Assembly: GCA_021646415.1 (NCBI GenBank) | Contig: SOEU01000011.1 | Coordinates: 73,385-105,384 of the forward strand | Direction: 5' to 3' | Source: Candidatus Brocadia sp. | Lineage (GTDB): Bacteria > Planctomycetota > Brocadiia > Brocadiales > Brocadiaceae | Length of the DNA stretch: 32,000 bases | In this document: one piece after another, positions 1 through 8,123 of the stretch | How the letters are laid out: every line of letters begins with the position of its first letter | How positions within the stretch are numbered: position 1 is the stretch's first letter | Notes under the pieces: model-generated | What the model saw: only the letters and a program-made list of their open reading frames with translations | What the model was told of the DNA's origin: nothing | Database searches by the model: none | Position numbers and translations under genes: made by a program

Positions 1-78
1 CGTGTAATTCAATCCAACTGGCATAATAAAACAGAAAAGAAACAGAACGGCGGTGATGAATATATTCTTGTACTTCAT
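1..78 (-). CDS. First 26 codons of a membrane or secreted protein that runs off the left edge
   Basis: ATG on the minus strand at 78-76, with GGAG (revcomp of 86-89) 7 nt upstream. Translation is MKYKNIFITAVLFLFCFIMPVGLNYT, a hydrophobic signal/TM segment. It is too short to appear in the ORF track. Confidence 0.3.
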   Translation of the reverse strand, partial: MKYKNIFITAVLFLFCFIMPVGLNYT

Positions 79-144
79 TTCTCTACTCCTTTTCAAAACT
101 TTCCAAGTGATTTTCCATTAAATTTGTTGTTAGGCAGATAAAAC

Positions 145-351
145 TCATCGGATGGAGGGGAAGCCCTGACAATTTATTTTCGCTGTATCACCAGAAGTGT
201 TCTGTTGCCCTAAAATTCTTGTTAATTCACCTGCAGAGTATGAAGGCAGGGGATTTTGATTAACCGGGGTGGATGCCCATGACCCACAGGAACAAGACAT
301 GAAAATAGCACTTAAAGTGCCCATTATCAACAGATGTCTTTTTGCGAACAT
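145..351 (-). CDS. Small putative secreted protein or lipoprotein (68 aa)
   Basis: ORF-track entry. N-terminus MFAKRHLLIMGTLSAIFMSCSCGSWA looks like a signal peptide with Cys near the cleavage region. No recognisable domain and only a weak RBS. Confidence 0.3.
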   Translation of the reverse strand: MFAKRHLLIMGTLSAIFMSCSCGSWASTPVNQNPLPSYSAGELTRILGQQNTSGDTAKINCQGFPSIR

Positions 352-867
352 ACACGATCCGCTCTGTCAAAACAAATACCCGGCTATCTTTCTTTAGAAA
401 ATAGTAAGTCTTAAGGTATCACATGTTTGAATAAGATGTCAAACGTAATCTGTGGAAGGGATTTCCGGGATAATGAAAATGAGGTCTTTTTAATGAAGAA
501 AAGGTATTTATCGATTTTTGTTTTGTTTTTTTGTCACAATAGATATAGAATTCGACAATAGATTCGGGGAATTGATGTATGCGTTCATTACTGCATACCA
601 CCTAACGCAAAGGAATCATCAATGAATACCTTCACAAACCTGGTTCTTCTCATCGGCACAAACCCATTACCGAATTACGTAGTTGCAGGGATGGGAAATA
701 GCGCTGTCCCCATTCCCCTAAAGATTCCACTTGGCAGGCCCAAAAACCATTGAAAGCAGTTGAGTCGGGAAAGCCTGATTCTCCAACATAGGAGGATAAG
801 ATTTTTGGAAGTGCAGGAACTGGGCAGGGATGTTTTTCCATGAGATTAAAAGATGGCTCTTTAAAAG

Positions 868-1752
868 ATGATAAAGAGTGGAATCATGATGATTATCCAA
901 ACAAAAATGGAGTCCGTTTTTTCCACCGCCCTTCTGAGGAAATGCACGGAGGACAATATCCCGCTCACCATTGCTCTGGGCTCCGGGTATTACATCACAA
1001 CGGTGAAGCCGGATTCAAAAAAATACTATGATGTCTCTTACGAACACGGGAAGAAGTATTATTCACTCTCTGAGACCGAAGTGCTCTGTATTGCAAAGGA
1101 ATTTGCTGCAGGCAAGATACAAAATTACATTGCTCTTTTTCAGCAGAGATTTCTTAAGGAGCAGTACCGGTTTATCGATGAACTGGAGGGGGTGATCTGC
1201 CAGATGCATCAGGCAGGTGACGTTGCGCAGGTGCGCGGCCTGGAAGGTGCGGCGGCAAAGAAGATTTATCAGAGGCTGAATAACTTTATCGATGACGATG
1301 CCTTTCGTATTCTGAAGCGGGACAGGCGGAGCCCAGACCGCATGAACGCCCTGTTAAATTTTGGATATTACCTCCTCTTCTCCCGCATCAATGCCACGGT
1401 GAGGGCGGTTGGCCTGAATCCCTACCTGGGCTTTTTGCACAATCCGCAGGATAATTATGAATCCCTTGTGTGCGATATTGAAGAGCTGTTCAGGGCGAGG
1501 ATTGACCGGTTTATCATACGTCTGATCAATCTGAAGGTTGTTGGTCGGGACGATTTTGTTGAGACGGAAAGGGGTCTCCATCTGAAAAAGGATGTCGTCA
1601 GAAAATTCATCGACCTGTTTGAGTCGGAGATGGAGAAAAAGGGCGCTCAGGGCACATTGTCGATGAAGGAAGACATCTATGTCCAGACCATCGTGCTGAA
1701 GAAATGGGCGATAGAGAACAATTCACTTTCATTCTACCGTTGGAAAATATAA
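868..1752 (+). CDS. cas1: CRISPR-associated endonuclease Cas1 (orphan, N-terminally short)
   Basis: Cas1 alpha-helical-domain signatures read by eye: GLEGAAAKKIYQ, RRSPDRMNALLNFGYYLL, GLNPYLGFLHNPQDNYESLVCDIEELFR. The Glu (GLEG), His (GFLH) and acidic (DIEE) metal-site positions are present. The N-terminal beta domain (GIMMIIQTKMESVFSTALLRKCTEDNIPLTIALGSGYY) appears about 25-35 aa shorter than typical Cas1. No cas2 or array is adjacent. Confidence 0.85.
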   Translation: MIKSGIMMIIQTKMESVFSTALLRKCTEDNIPLTIALGSGYYITTVKPDSKKYYDVSYEHGKKYYSLSETEVLCIAKEFAAGKIQNYIALFQQRFLKEQYRFIDELEGVICQMHQAGDVAQVRGLEGAAAKKIYQRLNNFIDDDAFRILKRDRRSPDRMNALLNFGYYLLFSRINATVRAVGLNPYLGFLHNPQDNYESLVCDIEELFRARIDRFIIRLINLKVVGRDDFVETERGLHLKKDVVRKFIDLFESEMEKKGAQGTLSMKEDIYVQTIVLKKWAIENNSLSFYRWKI

Positions 1753-1825
1753 ACGAAAATTAAAAAAAGATTGAATTTTTCAATTACCCCATCTTTCAAA
1801 GATGTGCCAGACAGTATCGTGCGGT

Positions 1826-2380
1826 TTATGAAAAATGTGGGTTTGATTTTAGCATCTGTACACTCCCGTTAAATATCCCACCCTTTTTTACGATTAGTTT
1901 ACGGCACGTAATTTTACCGCAGATTTCACCCGGCTTTAAAATCTCAACAGTCCCCATTGCATAAAGGTCACCATGAATTTTGCCTTTTATAATAGCATTC
2001 CCAACCCGAATACTTGAGATTTCTATGACACCTTTTCTTTTTAAATACAATGTGCCGTGTGTCTCAATATTTTTCCCCAAAACGGCTTTTATCTTATAAT
2101 CACTCAGGTCATTGTGGTGATAGCAATAACAACATGTTACCGCCTGAGCCTTCGCATTTGTAAAAATTTCTTTTCCACACTTGTAACAAAGAATCCGCCG
2201 GTCTCCCCTCGAAGGTTTTTTCTTTTCTTCGGGTGGTGAGAGAATCGCTTTAACATCGATATACCGATTACAATGACGGCATGGTATCGAAATACAATGG
2301 ACCGATACGGTGAGATTATGCTGGCAATAAGGACATACAATATCTCTGGTTCCATGCAGTTCGTTTGCTTTCGAATTCAT
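1826..2380 (-). CDS. Bactofilin-domain protein with two N-terminal zinc-ribbon-like CxxC pairs
   Basis: The C-terminal half (GTLYLKRKGVIEISSIRVGNAIIKGKIHGDLYAMGTVEILKPGEICGKITCRKLIVKKGGIFNGSV) has the repetitive beta-helix pattern of bactofilins. The N-terminus has CPYC...CRHC and CYKC...CCYC. Confidence 0.7.
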   Translation of the reverse strand: MNSKANELHGTRDIVCPYCQHNLTVSVHCISIPCRHCNRYIDVKAILSPPEEKKKPSRGDRRILCYKCGKEIFTNAKAQAVTCCYCYHHNDLSDYKIKAVLGKNIETHGTLYLKRKGVIEISSIRVGNAIIKGKIHGDLYAMGTVEILKPGEICGKITCRKLIVKKGGIFNGSVQMLKSNPHFS

Positions 2381-2416
2381 AAATCAATTCTATTATAACG
2401 TGACCTCGATGAAAAA

Positions 2417-2896
2417 TTATTCCAGATTCTTTTTTGGTTCCTTTTTCCATTCCTTTGAATTTGTGGTTTCTGTTTTGAATCCATCCGGATTCACATTGCA
2501 ATTTCCGACAAAAACAACCCCTTCTTCGATAACCAGGGTTCGTGCTTTGAGATCACCGATGAGTTGTGCCAGTTTTCTGAGTTCAACTTTTTCGGTTGCA
2601 ATAACGTTTCCATCCACATGACCTTCAATAATGGCATTTTTCACCTTAACATTTGCTTTAATACTACCCGTTTTGCCAACAACGAGCTCTCCGTCATCTG
2701 TTATCATTTCCCCTTCAAACTTTCCGTCAATTTTCATGATACTGCTAAACTTGATTGTACCTTTGATTTCAACATCCGATGTTAAATTCGTTATATTTTC
2801 TCCACTCATTTCAGTCTCCTTTCCTGGTTCGATCATTTCTTCAGTTTTATCTCTGGTCTCATCTGATACCGTACCTTTTCGGAATATATTAATCAT
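2417..2896 (-). CDS. Bactofilin (polymer-forming cytoskeletal protein, CcmA-like)
   Basis: Core sequence DVEIKGTIKFSSIMKIDGKFEGEMITDDGELVVGKTGSIKANVKVKNAIIEGHVDGNVIATEKVELRKLAQLIGDLKARTLVIEEGVVFVGNC matches the bactofilin repeat pattern. It has disordered charged N- and C-termini. Confidence 0.85.
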   Translation of the reverse strand: MINIFRKGTVSDETRDKTEEMIEPGKETEMSGENITNLTSDVEIKGTIKFSSIMKIDGKFEGEMITDDGELVVGKTGSIKANVKVKNAIIEGHVDGNVIATEKVELRKLAQLIGDLKARTLVIEEGVVFVGNCNVNPDGFKTETTNSKEWKKEPKKNLE

Positions 2897-3038
2897 TCTC
2901 TATGCCTTTCTTTTCTTAACAACTACATTGTTGCTATGTTAAACCCAAACCCGTCTTCAAGTGGAGGAGTGTTCCCATGCTCCTTTCGGGCAGAGTCTGG
3001 GTGAGGGGTATTTTCGTGTCAATACTCTACAATCATTG

Positions 3039-3293
3039 CTAGTGCCGGAAACGTACAAAGAGTCTTCCAAAATTTTCACTGTCTTTATCTATACGATGAT
3101 ATAACTTTTTGATGTCAGGACGGTTGAGAAAACGCAAGACGGTCTTCTTTAACTGCCCACTTCCTTTTCCGGGAATGATTTCCACCATCGCAATCCTTTT
3201 CTCGACGGCTTCAAAGATAACACGATTGAGTTCTTTTTCGATTAAATCCCCTTTTTTACAGATGTCGTGTAGATCGAGTTTTAGTTTGGCCAT
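3039..3293 (-). CDS. Smr (small MutS-related) domain protein
   Basis: 84 aa. LDLHD...VEIIPGKGSGQLKKTVLRFL matches the Smr pattern LDLHG...IIHGKGxGxLr..v...L. Confidence 0.7.
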   Translation of the reverse strand: MAKLKLDLHDICKKGDLIEKELNRVIFEAVEKRIAMVEIIPGKGSGQLKKTVLRFLNRPDIKKLYHRIDKDSENFGRLFVRFRH

Positions 3294-3376
3294 GCAATTA
3301 TTTCTTACCGGGCACTAATTTTTTCTTTGTGGCTCAGCGTCTGGTTTATAACAAAAAACTACAGAAGGCAACCGGC

Positions 3377-4156
3377 TTAGTAACTTTCCTTGACAACCCG
3401 ACCATGGACTGGTTGAATCGGCCTTGCATCATACTTGAATATTGAACTAAATTTACCCACCCCTGCTTTTGATACCTCAATCGGCGTCTTTAAAATAAAC
3501 CAATTCACAATTTCATTGCAAGGGGGGGTGGTAAGTGAACCAGTGTAGTTATAATATCCTGTGGCATTCTTTGGAAGGAGTTGGCTTGCACATATCCTTA
3601 TATCAGAGACTATATGCTCTTTACCCACATCTTTTGGGAAGTTACTCCACAGGGTTTTTATGAATGCGTTTTCTTTACCTGCCTCAATGAGTACAGCAAC
3701 AACTGCTATTTCTCCATGCTCCCCTTTATGCACGAGATGCGCTTCCATATCGTAATGTTTTCCATGTATTATATGTTCACTCGGCGTATGAAAGTGAAAC
3801 TGTATAAGTTCGAACCTTTTATGGCCTATTGATATTGAGCTTCCTTTCCCATAATTGACCTGAATAGTATGACCGTTATTTATGATTTTTAACGGAGTTG
3901 GGTAATAATGAAAAATTATGTTTTCCATTTTGGCCTTTTCGGTTATAGAAATACCGATCGGTGATTGCATGTCTCCGGTTTTGCACTTGCAATATTCTCG
4001 TTTTAGTTCACCCCAATGATCGGGACCCTGTTCACCTTCGTAATCCCAATGGTCGGAAGGAATGTGCTCACCAACGCCAGCGAACAAAGATGTTGCTGCA
4101 ATAAAGGAAAGGAACACAAAAGCAGACGTTAAAAAAATATATTGAACAGTCTTCAT
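3377..4156 (-). CDS. Alpha-class carbonic anhydrase, secreted
   Basis: Signal peptide MKTVQYIFLTSAFVFLSFIAATSLFA. Motifs HWDYEGEQGPDHWGEL, QSPI, NNGHTIQV, QFHFHTPSEH and EAHLVH include the three zinc-ligand His positions of alpha-CAs. Confidence 0.92.
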   Translation of the reverse strand: MKTVQYIFLTSAFVFLSFIAATSLFAGVGEHIPSDHWDYEGEQGPDHWGELKREYCKCKTGDMQSPIGISITEKAKMENIIFHYYPTPLKIINNGHTIQVNYGKGSSISIGHKRFELIQFHFHTPSEHIIHGKHYDMEAHLVHKGEHGEIAVVAVLIEAGKENAFIKTLWSNFPKDVGKEHIVSDIRICASQLLPKNATGYYNYTGSLTTPPCNEIVNWFILKTPIEVSKAGVGKFSSIFKYDARPIQPVHGRVVKESY

Positions 4157-4282
4157 CTTGCCTCCTTATAAAATTGATTAAGTTTATGAAAATACATAAT
4201 ACAAGGTAAAAATATTAGTCATATTTACCTGGTTCGAACGAGTCGGAAAAAGACAAAAACCGAAGCACGAAATTTGTGAGTC

Positions 4283-4297
4283 AACCCTGACAGGGTT
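4283..4297. promoter_or_regulatory. Perfect 15-bp palindrome AACCCTGACAGGGTT upstream of the carbonic anhydrase gene (candidate operator)
   Basis: Read directly: AACCCTG-A-CAGGGTT, immediately adjacent to repeat copy A. Confidence 0.3.
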
Positions 4298-4298
4298 A

Positions 4299-4350
4299 GT
4301 TTTATTCATATTTTTGCTAAAAATGTCCAAATATTCTTTATATGATACTT
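4299..4350. repeat. Intergenic repeat copy A (about 50 bp), upstream of the minus-strand carbonic anhydrase gene
   Basis: gttttattcatatttttgctaaaaatgtccaaatattctttatatgatact aligns with 4811-4860 at about 43 of 50 positions with one gap (by eye). Confidence 0.6.
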
Positions 4351-4429
4351 CTTATAGCATTTCAACGAGCCTCCTGTCAATTTGGAAATTATCTGTTTGA
4401 AATTTGAAAACCCATTATGATTGACCAAC

Positions 4430-4750
4430 TTATTCAGAAGCTTGTAATTTGAAGAGCAGAGGGGCAGTACATCGTTCGAGAAATTCTAGATATGCGTATG
4501 CTTCTTCAGCCGTTTGTCCGCACATCTCTTCCGAGGGTTGAAGGCTCAAACAAACTGCCGGCCTTTCCGGTTTGCCAAAGAGGAGGCAGCGGTTATCCGA
4601 ACTGAGTTGCTGGCATTGAATACCGGCCGGTTTACCATTCGGCATACCGGGAATTGGAGATGAAATTGATAGTGCAACACAACAGGCGCCACATCCTATT
4701 CTACATTTCACGTGATATCCCTGCAATTTTCCTAAGGCCTTCCATTCCAC
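4430..4750 (-). CDS. YkgJ-family cysteine-cluster (zinc/iron-chelating) protein
   Basis: CRIGCGACCVALSISSPIPGMPNGKPAGIQCQQL..NRCLLFGKPERPAVC matches the CxxCGxCC...C pattern of the YkgJ/UPF0153 family. Confidence 0.7.
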   Translation of the reverse strand: MEWKALGKLQGYHVKCRIGCGACCVALSISSPIPGMPNGKPAGIQCQQLSSDNRCLLFGKPERPAVCLSLQPSEEMCGQTAEEAYAYLEFLERCTAPLLFKLQASE

Positions 4751-4810
4751 AAGTCAAAAACCCGCGTAAGTGCTAAAAGAGCCAGTGAATGTCTGAAACT
4801 ACCCTTATGA

Positions 4811-4860
4811 ATTTTATTCATGTTTTTGCTAAAATGTCAAAATTATCTTTGGAAGATACT
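4811..4860. repeat. Intergenic repeat copy B, upstream of the minus-strand ykgJ-like gene
   Basis: attttattcatgtttttgctaaaatgtcaaaattatctttggaagatact is the homolog of 4299-4350. Both copies have the same orientation relative to the downstream minus-strand gene. Confidence 0.6.
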
Positions 4861-4869
4861 ACGCCCTTG

Positions 4870-5520
4870 TTATACGGTACGAGGCTGTTTTTTGCCTTCT
4901 TGCGGACGCAGATAGGCAATAGCATCCGGAGAAAGAAATTGAATTTGGTTGCCTGCATAAAGGATAATCTCACAAGCCAATTCAAAGAAACTTGCCTTTT
5001 GAATTGCGTCATCAAAACTTCTTCCCACGGTGACCTGACCGTGGTTCTTCAAAATCACTAGATCGTGTCCCTTCGCGGCAGAAATGACTTCTTTTGCAAG
5101 ATCATTTGATCCGGGATTCAGGTAAGGTACAACCGCAATTGAGCCAATATAGTAAGGAATTTCTGGAATAACAAAAAAATTCTCAGGATTCCTGCTATTG
5201 CAGGCGACCGCTGTGGCAAAGGGAGACTGAAAGTGCAGAACCACATTAACATCAGAACGTTCACGGAATATGCCAAAGTGGAAATCATTCTCTGCAGAAG
5301 GTCTCTTTTCGTTCAGGACAGTGCCATCTGAAATCCGGCAAATTGCAATCTGCTCTCTGCTCATCTCTGCCATCCATGAGCAGGTTGCAGTAATAAGCAT
5401 ATATTCTTCATTTACCCGCCAGGATAAGTTCCCGCTGCTACAACGTGCCAATCCATGGGACGCCACCCGATGGCAGGCAGCAACAAACTCTTTTAAATAC
5501 TTTTCTGAAATATGGCGCAT
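4870..5520 (-). CDS. Class II aldolase/adducin-family protein
   Basis: SSGNLSWRV...MLITATCSWM...RPSAENDFHFGIFRERSDVNVVLHFQSPFATAVA fits the class II aldolase pattern (GNiS.R, liT.sG, PSsE...H, vvHtHsp.atA). Confidence 0.8.
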   Translation of the reverse strand: MRHISEKYLKEFVAACHRVASHGLARCSSGNLSWRVNEEYMLITATCSWMAEMSREQIAICRISDGTVLNEKRPSAENDFHFGIFRERSDVNVVLHFQSPFATAVACNSRNPENFFVIPEIPYYIGSIAVVPYLNPGSNDLAKEVISAAKGHDLVILKNHGQVTVGRSFDDAIQKASFFELACEIILYAGNQIQFLSPDAIAYLRPQEGKKQPRTV

Positions 5521-5678
5521 CGATACTTCCCGATTTTATTTGGTTGTGATTTATACATAATTCTAAATAATTTCCGGGATTTAATGCAAGGAAAACTATT
5601 ACTGAAAAACCGGTGAAAGATCTAAGACAGGTTCCTGGTTTCAGGGCACAACCTTGCGTCATAATAATTACTTTAGAG

Positions 5679-5706
5679 TTGTATTTTGAAATATAAAATT
5701 TATAAT
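5679..5706 (+). promoter_or_regulatory. Candidate sigma70-type promoter for the Ig-repeat protein gene
   Basis: TTGTAT (5679-5684), 16-nt spacer, TATAAT (5701-5706), about 85 nt upstream of the ATG at 5791. AAGGAG RBS at 5777-5782. Confidence 0.35.
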
Positions 5707-5790
5707 ACCGCGTGAGACTAATAATGCAGAAGATTATGATAGAGTCTCTGTATTTTAAAAGACCCTCATGAAAATTAAGGAGAAATATAC

Positions 5791-7269
5791 ATGAAATGGT
5801 TGAATTTTAAGCATCCGTTTTATTTGACAACTTTAATTTTATGCGGCTTTACCATAGTAGCTATTCCCCATGGTGTGATTGCAAAGGAGAAAAAAAACAA
5901 GGATAAAAAAAGCACTGTAACGGCAGAATGCGTGTTAAAGAAAATAACGACCATTCCTGGGCAGGAGTTAGTAGTCGAAAGGGGGAAGGGTGTTAATGTT
6001 ACGGTAGTGGTGAAATGCAAAGGTGATATTCCTGCCGCAGGCGTTACGGTTGAAGCTGCTACATTGAAAGGGAAAAAGGTCATTGAACTTTCTCCTATAA
6101 GTGCTGTAACAGACAAAGATGGCAAAGCAGTTTTCACCATTACAGGCAACAGAAAAACAGAAGAGGAACTTGCAGAGATTAAATTTACGGCAGAGAAGCT
6201 TGCCACAAAATTGGCGGTAAAGGTCAGAAGAACCGAATGTAAACCTGGAAATATCAAAATAGAACCCGCGAAGGAATTGGTACTTGAGCCCGGGAAAAGC
6301 AGTCAGATCACGGTAAAGGTGATATGCGAAAACGGTAGCCCTGCTGTGGATGCCAAGGTAGATGCACTTGTTCAGGTTGGCAGCGATAAGTTAGACATTT
6401 CATCATCGGCAGAATTAACCGACGCAAGCGGGAAGGCGGTCTTTACCGTAACGGGTATTCAGGAGACCAAAAAAGGGTCTGCCTCAATCAGGTTTATGAC
6501 CGGAGACCTTAAAGCGGAAGTGGATGTAAAAGTCAAATCAGTTGCAGGAGAGGAAGGCACAGAAACGACACAGTTAGTGCCAAAGGCAATACAAACTATT
6601 CCAGGGCAGGAGGTGACGGTTGCAAGAGGAAAAGATGTCAATGTCGTTGTAAAGGTGATGGGCAAAGGTAACATTCCTGCTGCCGGCGTTACCGTTGAAG
6701 CAGCTACACTGAAAGGGAAAAAGGCCATAGAACTTTCTCCTGTAAGTGCTGTAACAGACAAAGATGGCAAAGCAGTTTTTACCATTACGGGCAACAGAAA
6801 AACAGAAGAGGAACTTGCAGAGATTAAATTTACGGCAGAGAAGCTTGCCGCAAAATTGGCGGTAAAGGTCAGAAGAACCGAATGTAAGCCAGGAAGAATG
6901 AAGATAGAACCCGATCAGAAGGTAGTACTTGAACAGGGAAAGAGTAAGCAGGTCACGGTAAAGGTGATATGCGAAGACGGTAGCCCTGCTGTGGATGCCA
7001 AAGTGGATGCAATCGTCCAGGTTGGCAGTGGTAAGATAGACCTTTCGCCGTCCGCAGAATTAACCGACGCAAGTGGTAAGGCGGTCTTTACCGTAGCGGG
7101 TATTCAGGAAACCAAAAAAGAGCCAGCTACTATTAGGTTTATGACTGAAGACCTTAAAGCATACCTCAACGTAAAAGTTATACCAGTAACGGCAGAGATA
7201 ACACAACCAGAAGAGGCGACACCAAAAGAAATTGCAACTCCAAAAGAAGAGGCAACGCCTGAAAAGTAA
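5791..7269 (+). CDS. Secreted protein with four tandem bacterial Ig-like (Big-type) domains and a Pro/Glu/Thr-rich tail
   Basis: N-terminal signal/TM segment (FYLTTLILCGFTIVAIPHGVIA). Four homologous units of about 100 aa share the pattern EC..(I/K).P..ELV.E.GK...V.V.C..G.PA....V.A...TD..GKAVFT.TG...I.F....L.....VKV. C-terminal tail is EITQPEEATPKEIATPKEEATPEK. Confidence 0.75.
   Translation: MKWLNFKHPFYLTTLILCGFTIVAIPHGVIAKEKKNKDKKSTVTAECVLKKITTIPGQELVVERGKGVNVTVVVKCKGDIPAAGVTVEAATLKGKKVIELSPISAVTDKDGKAVFTITGNRKTEEELAEIKFTAEKLATKLAVKVRRTECKPGNIKIEPAKELVLEPGKSSQITVKVICENGSPAVDAKVDALVQVGSDKLDISSSAELTDASGKAVFTVTGIQETKKGSASIRFMTGDLKAEVDVKVKSVAGEEGTETTQLVPKAIQTIPGQEVTVARGKDVNVVVKVMGKGNIPAAGVTVEAATLKGKKAIELSPVSAVTDKDGKAVFTITGNRKTEEELAEIKFTAEKLAAKLAVKVRRTECKPGRMKIEPDQKVVLEQGKSKQVTVKVICEDGSPAVDAKVDAIVQVGSGKIDLSPSAELTDASGKAVFTVAGIQETKKEPATIRFMTEDLKAYLNVKVIPVTAEITQPEEATPKEIATPKEEATPEK
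5935..7200 (+). repeat. Two-copy tandem duplication (period 645 bp) inside the Ig-repeat gene
   Basis: attcctgc at 6028 recurs at 6673. In the roughly 217 nt compared by eye (6031-6247 vs 6676-6892) I count 13 mismatches. Each unit encodes two Ig-like domains. Confidence 0.85.
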
Positions 7270-7418
7270 CAACGCCGGAAGTACAGGTTACACCGTCGTG
7301 GTAATTTTTAGGGATTCATTTTCTTACGGAGAAAAAAGAGAGAAAGGTACGTGGATGAATATCTTGTTTCTTAGATAATGAAACAGGAAAGATTTTTTAG
7401 AGAAGAAAGGGAAGAACA

Positions 7419-8036
7419 ATGACTGCAATATTAAAAGAAGATATTTTGCGGGGGAAAAATAAGGAAACCTCCGGTAAAGAAAAAGTAGATAAAATAATGG
7501 ATACCATAGTTGAGTCAATAGAGGCACCACATCATGCAAAAATGGAGAGTGTAGAAAGTAAGGTAGCATCAGAATCAATAAAACCAACGGAAATGGAAGG
7601 TGCTGGAAAACAATATCTCTTTAGCAGTGAAATATTGATAGAAGGCGAAAACAAGTCCGACCTCGATGAGGTTAGGAGCAGGCTTCTAAAAGAATTGAAA
7701 CCCTCAGATGAAATAGAATCAATTATTGTGGATCGTATCGTTTCAAGTGTCTGGCGATTAAAACGATGCTTGAAAATTGAAAGCCAGATGATGGAGTATG
7801 AGACGTCATGCATTCAGGAATATGAGCAAGGATTTTTTAGAACCAGGAAAAGGACTGGCAAAGAACTGATACAATTAAAGGCATTAAAAATTATCGAAAA
7901 CAAAAACAGAATCGCTGAATTATCTAAATATGAAACAATGTTAGAAATGCAAATATATAAGGCATTGAGAGAATTGTCTAAATATAGACGACGAGAGGCG
8001 AGACAAGAGAAGAGGACGCTGAGAAGGGCTAAATAA
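7419..8036 (+). CDS. Hypothetical protein with an acidic N-terminus and a basic coiled-coil C-terminus
   Basis: 205-aa ORF with a purine-rich stretch (AAGGGAAG) upstream of the ATG. The segment SDEIESIIVDRIVSSVWRLKRCLKIES and the C-terminus KYRRREARQEKRTLRRAK match no family I can name. Confidence 0.5.
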   Translation: MTAILKEDILRGKNKETSGKEKVDKIMDTIVESIEAPHHAKMESVESKVASESIKPTEMEGAGKQYLFSSEILIEGENKSDLDEVRSRLLKELKPSDEIESIIVDRIVSSVWRLKRCLKIESQMMEYETSCIQEYEQGFFRTRKRTGKELIQLKALKIIENKNRIAELSKYETMLEMQIYKALRELSKYRRREARQEKRTLRRAK

Positions 8037-8123
8037 TCGTGAATGGGAAAATATTGGGAGGATTTTTGATATTGTAACATAATATACATTATCAGACGTT
8101 GTAAATTTATTGACAAAATATTA

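Noticed and set aside
419-841. Small minus-strand ORFs (60-63 aa) between the secreted-peptide gene and cas1
   Set aside because: They have no RBS or motifs and overlap each other and the possible decayed plus-strand fragments. I treat them as non-coding.
1-1825. Search for a CRISPR array next to cas1
   Set aside because: I read both flanks for regularly spaced direct repeats of 24-40 nt and found none. An array could still lie left of the window.
4299-4350. Reading the repeated motif as a sigma54 (-24 GG / -12 GC) promoter on the minus strand (TTGGACATTTTTAGCA)
   Set aside because: The GG-to-GC spacing is one nucleotide short of the canonical arrangement in copy A, and copy B lacks the GG. 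A sigma70-like or operator interpretation is no better proven, so only the repeat itself is reported.
5820-6794. Two minus-strand ORFs (145 aa and 111 aa) with similar sequences
   Set aside because: They are antisense shadows of the duplicated Ig-repeat gene. Their similarity to each other only reflects the 645-bp duplication.
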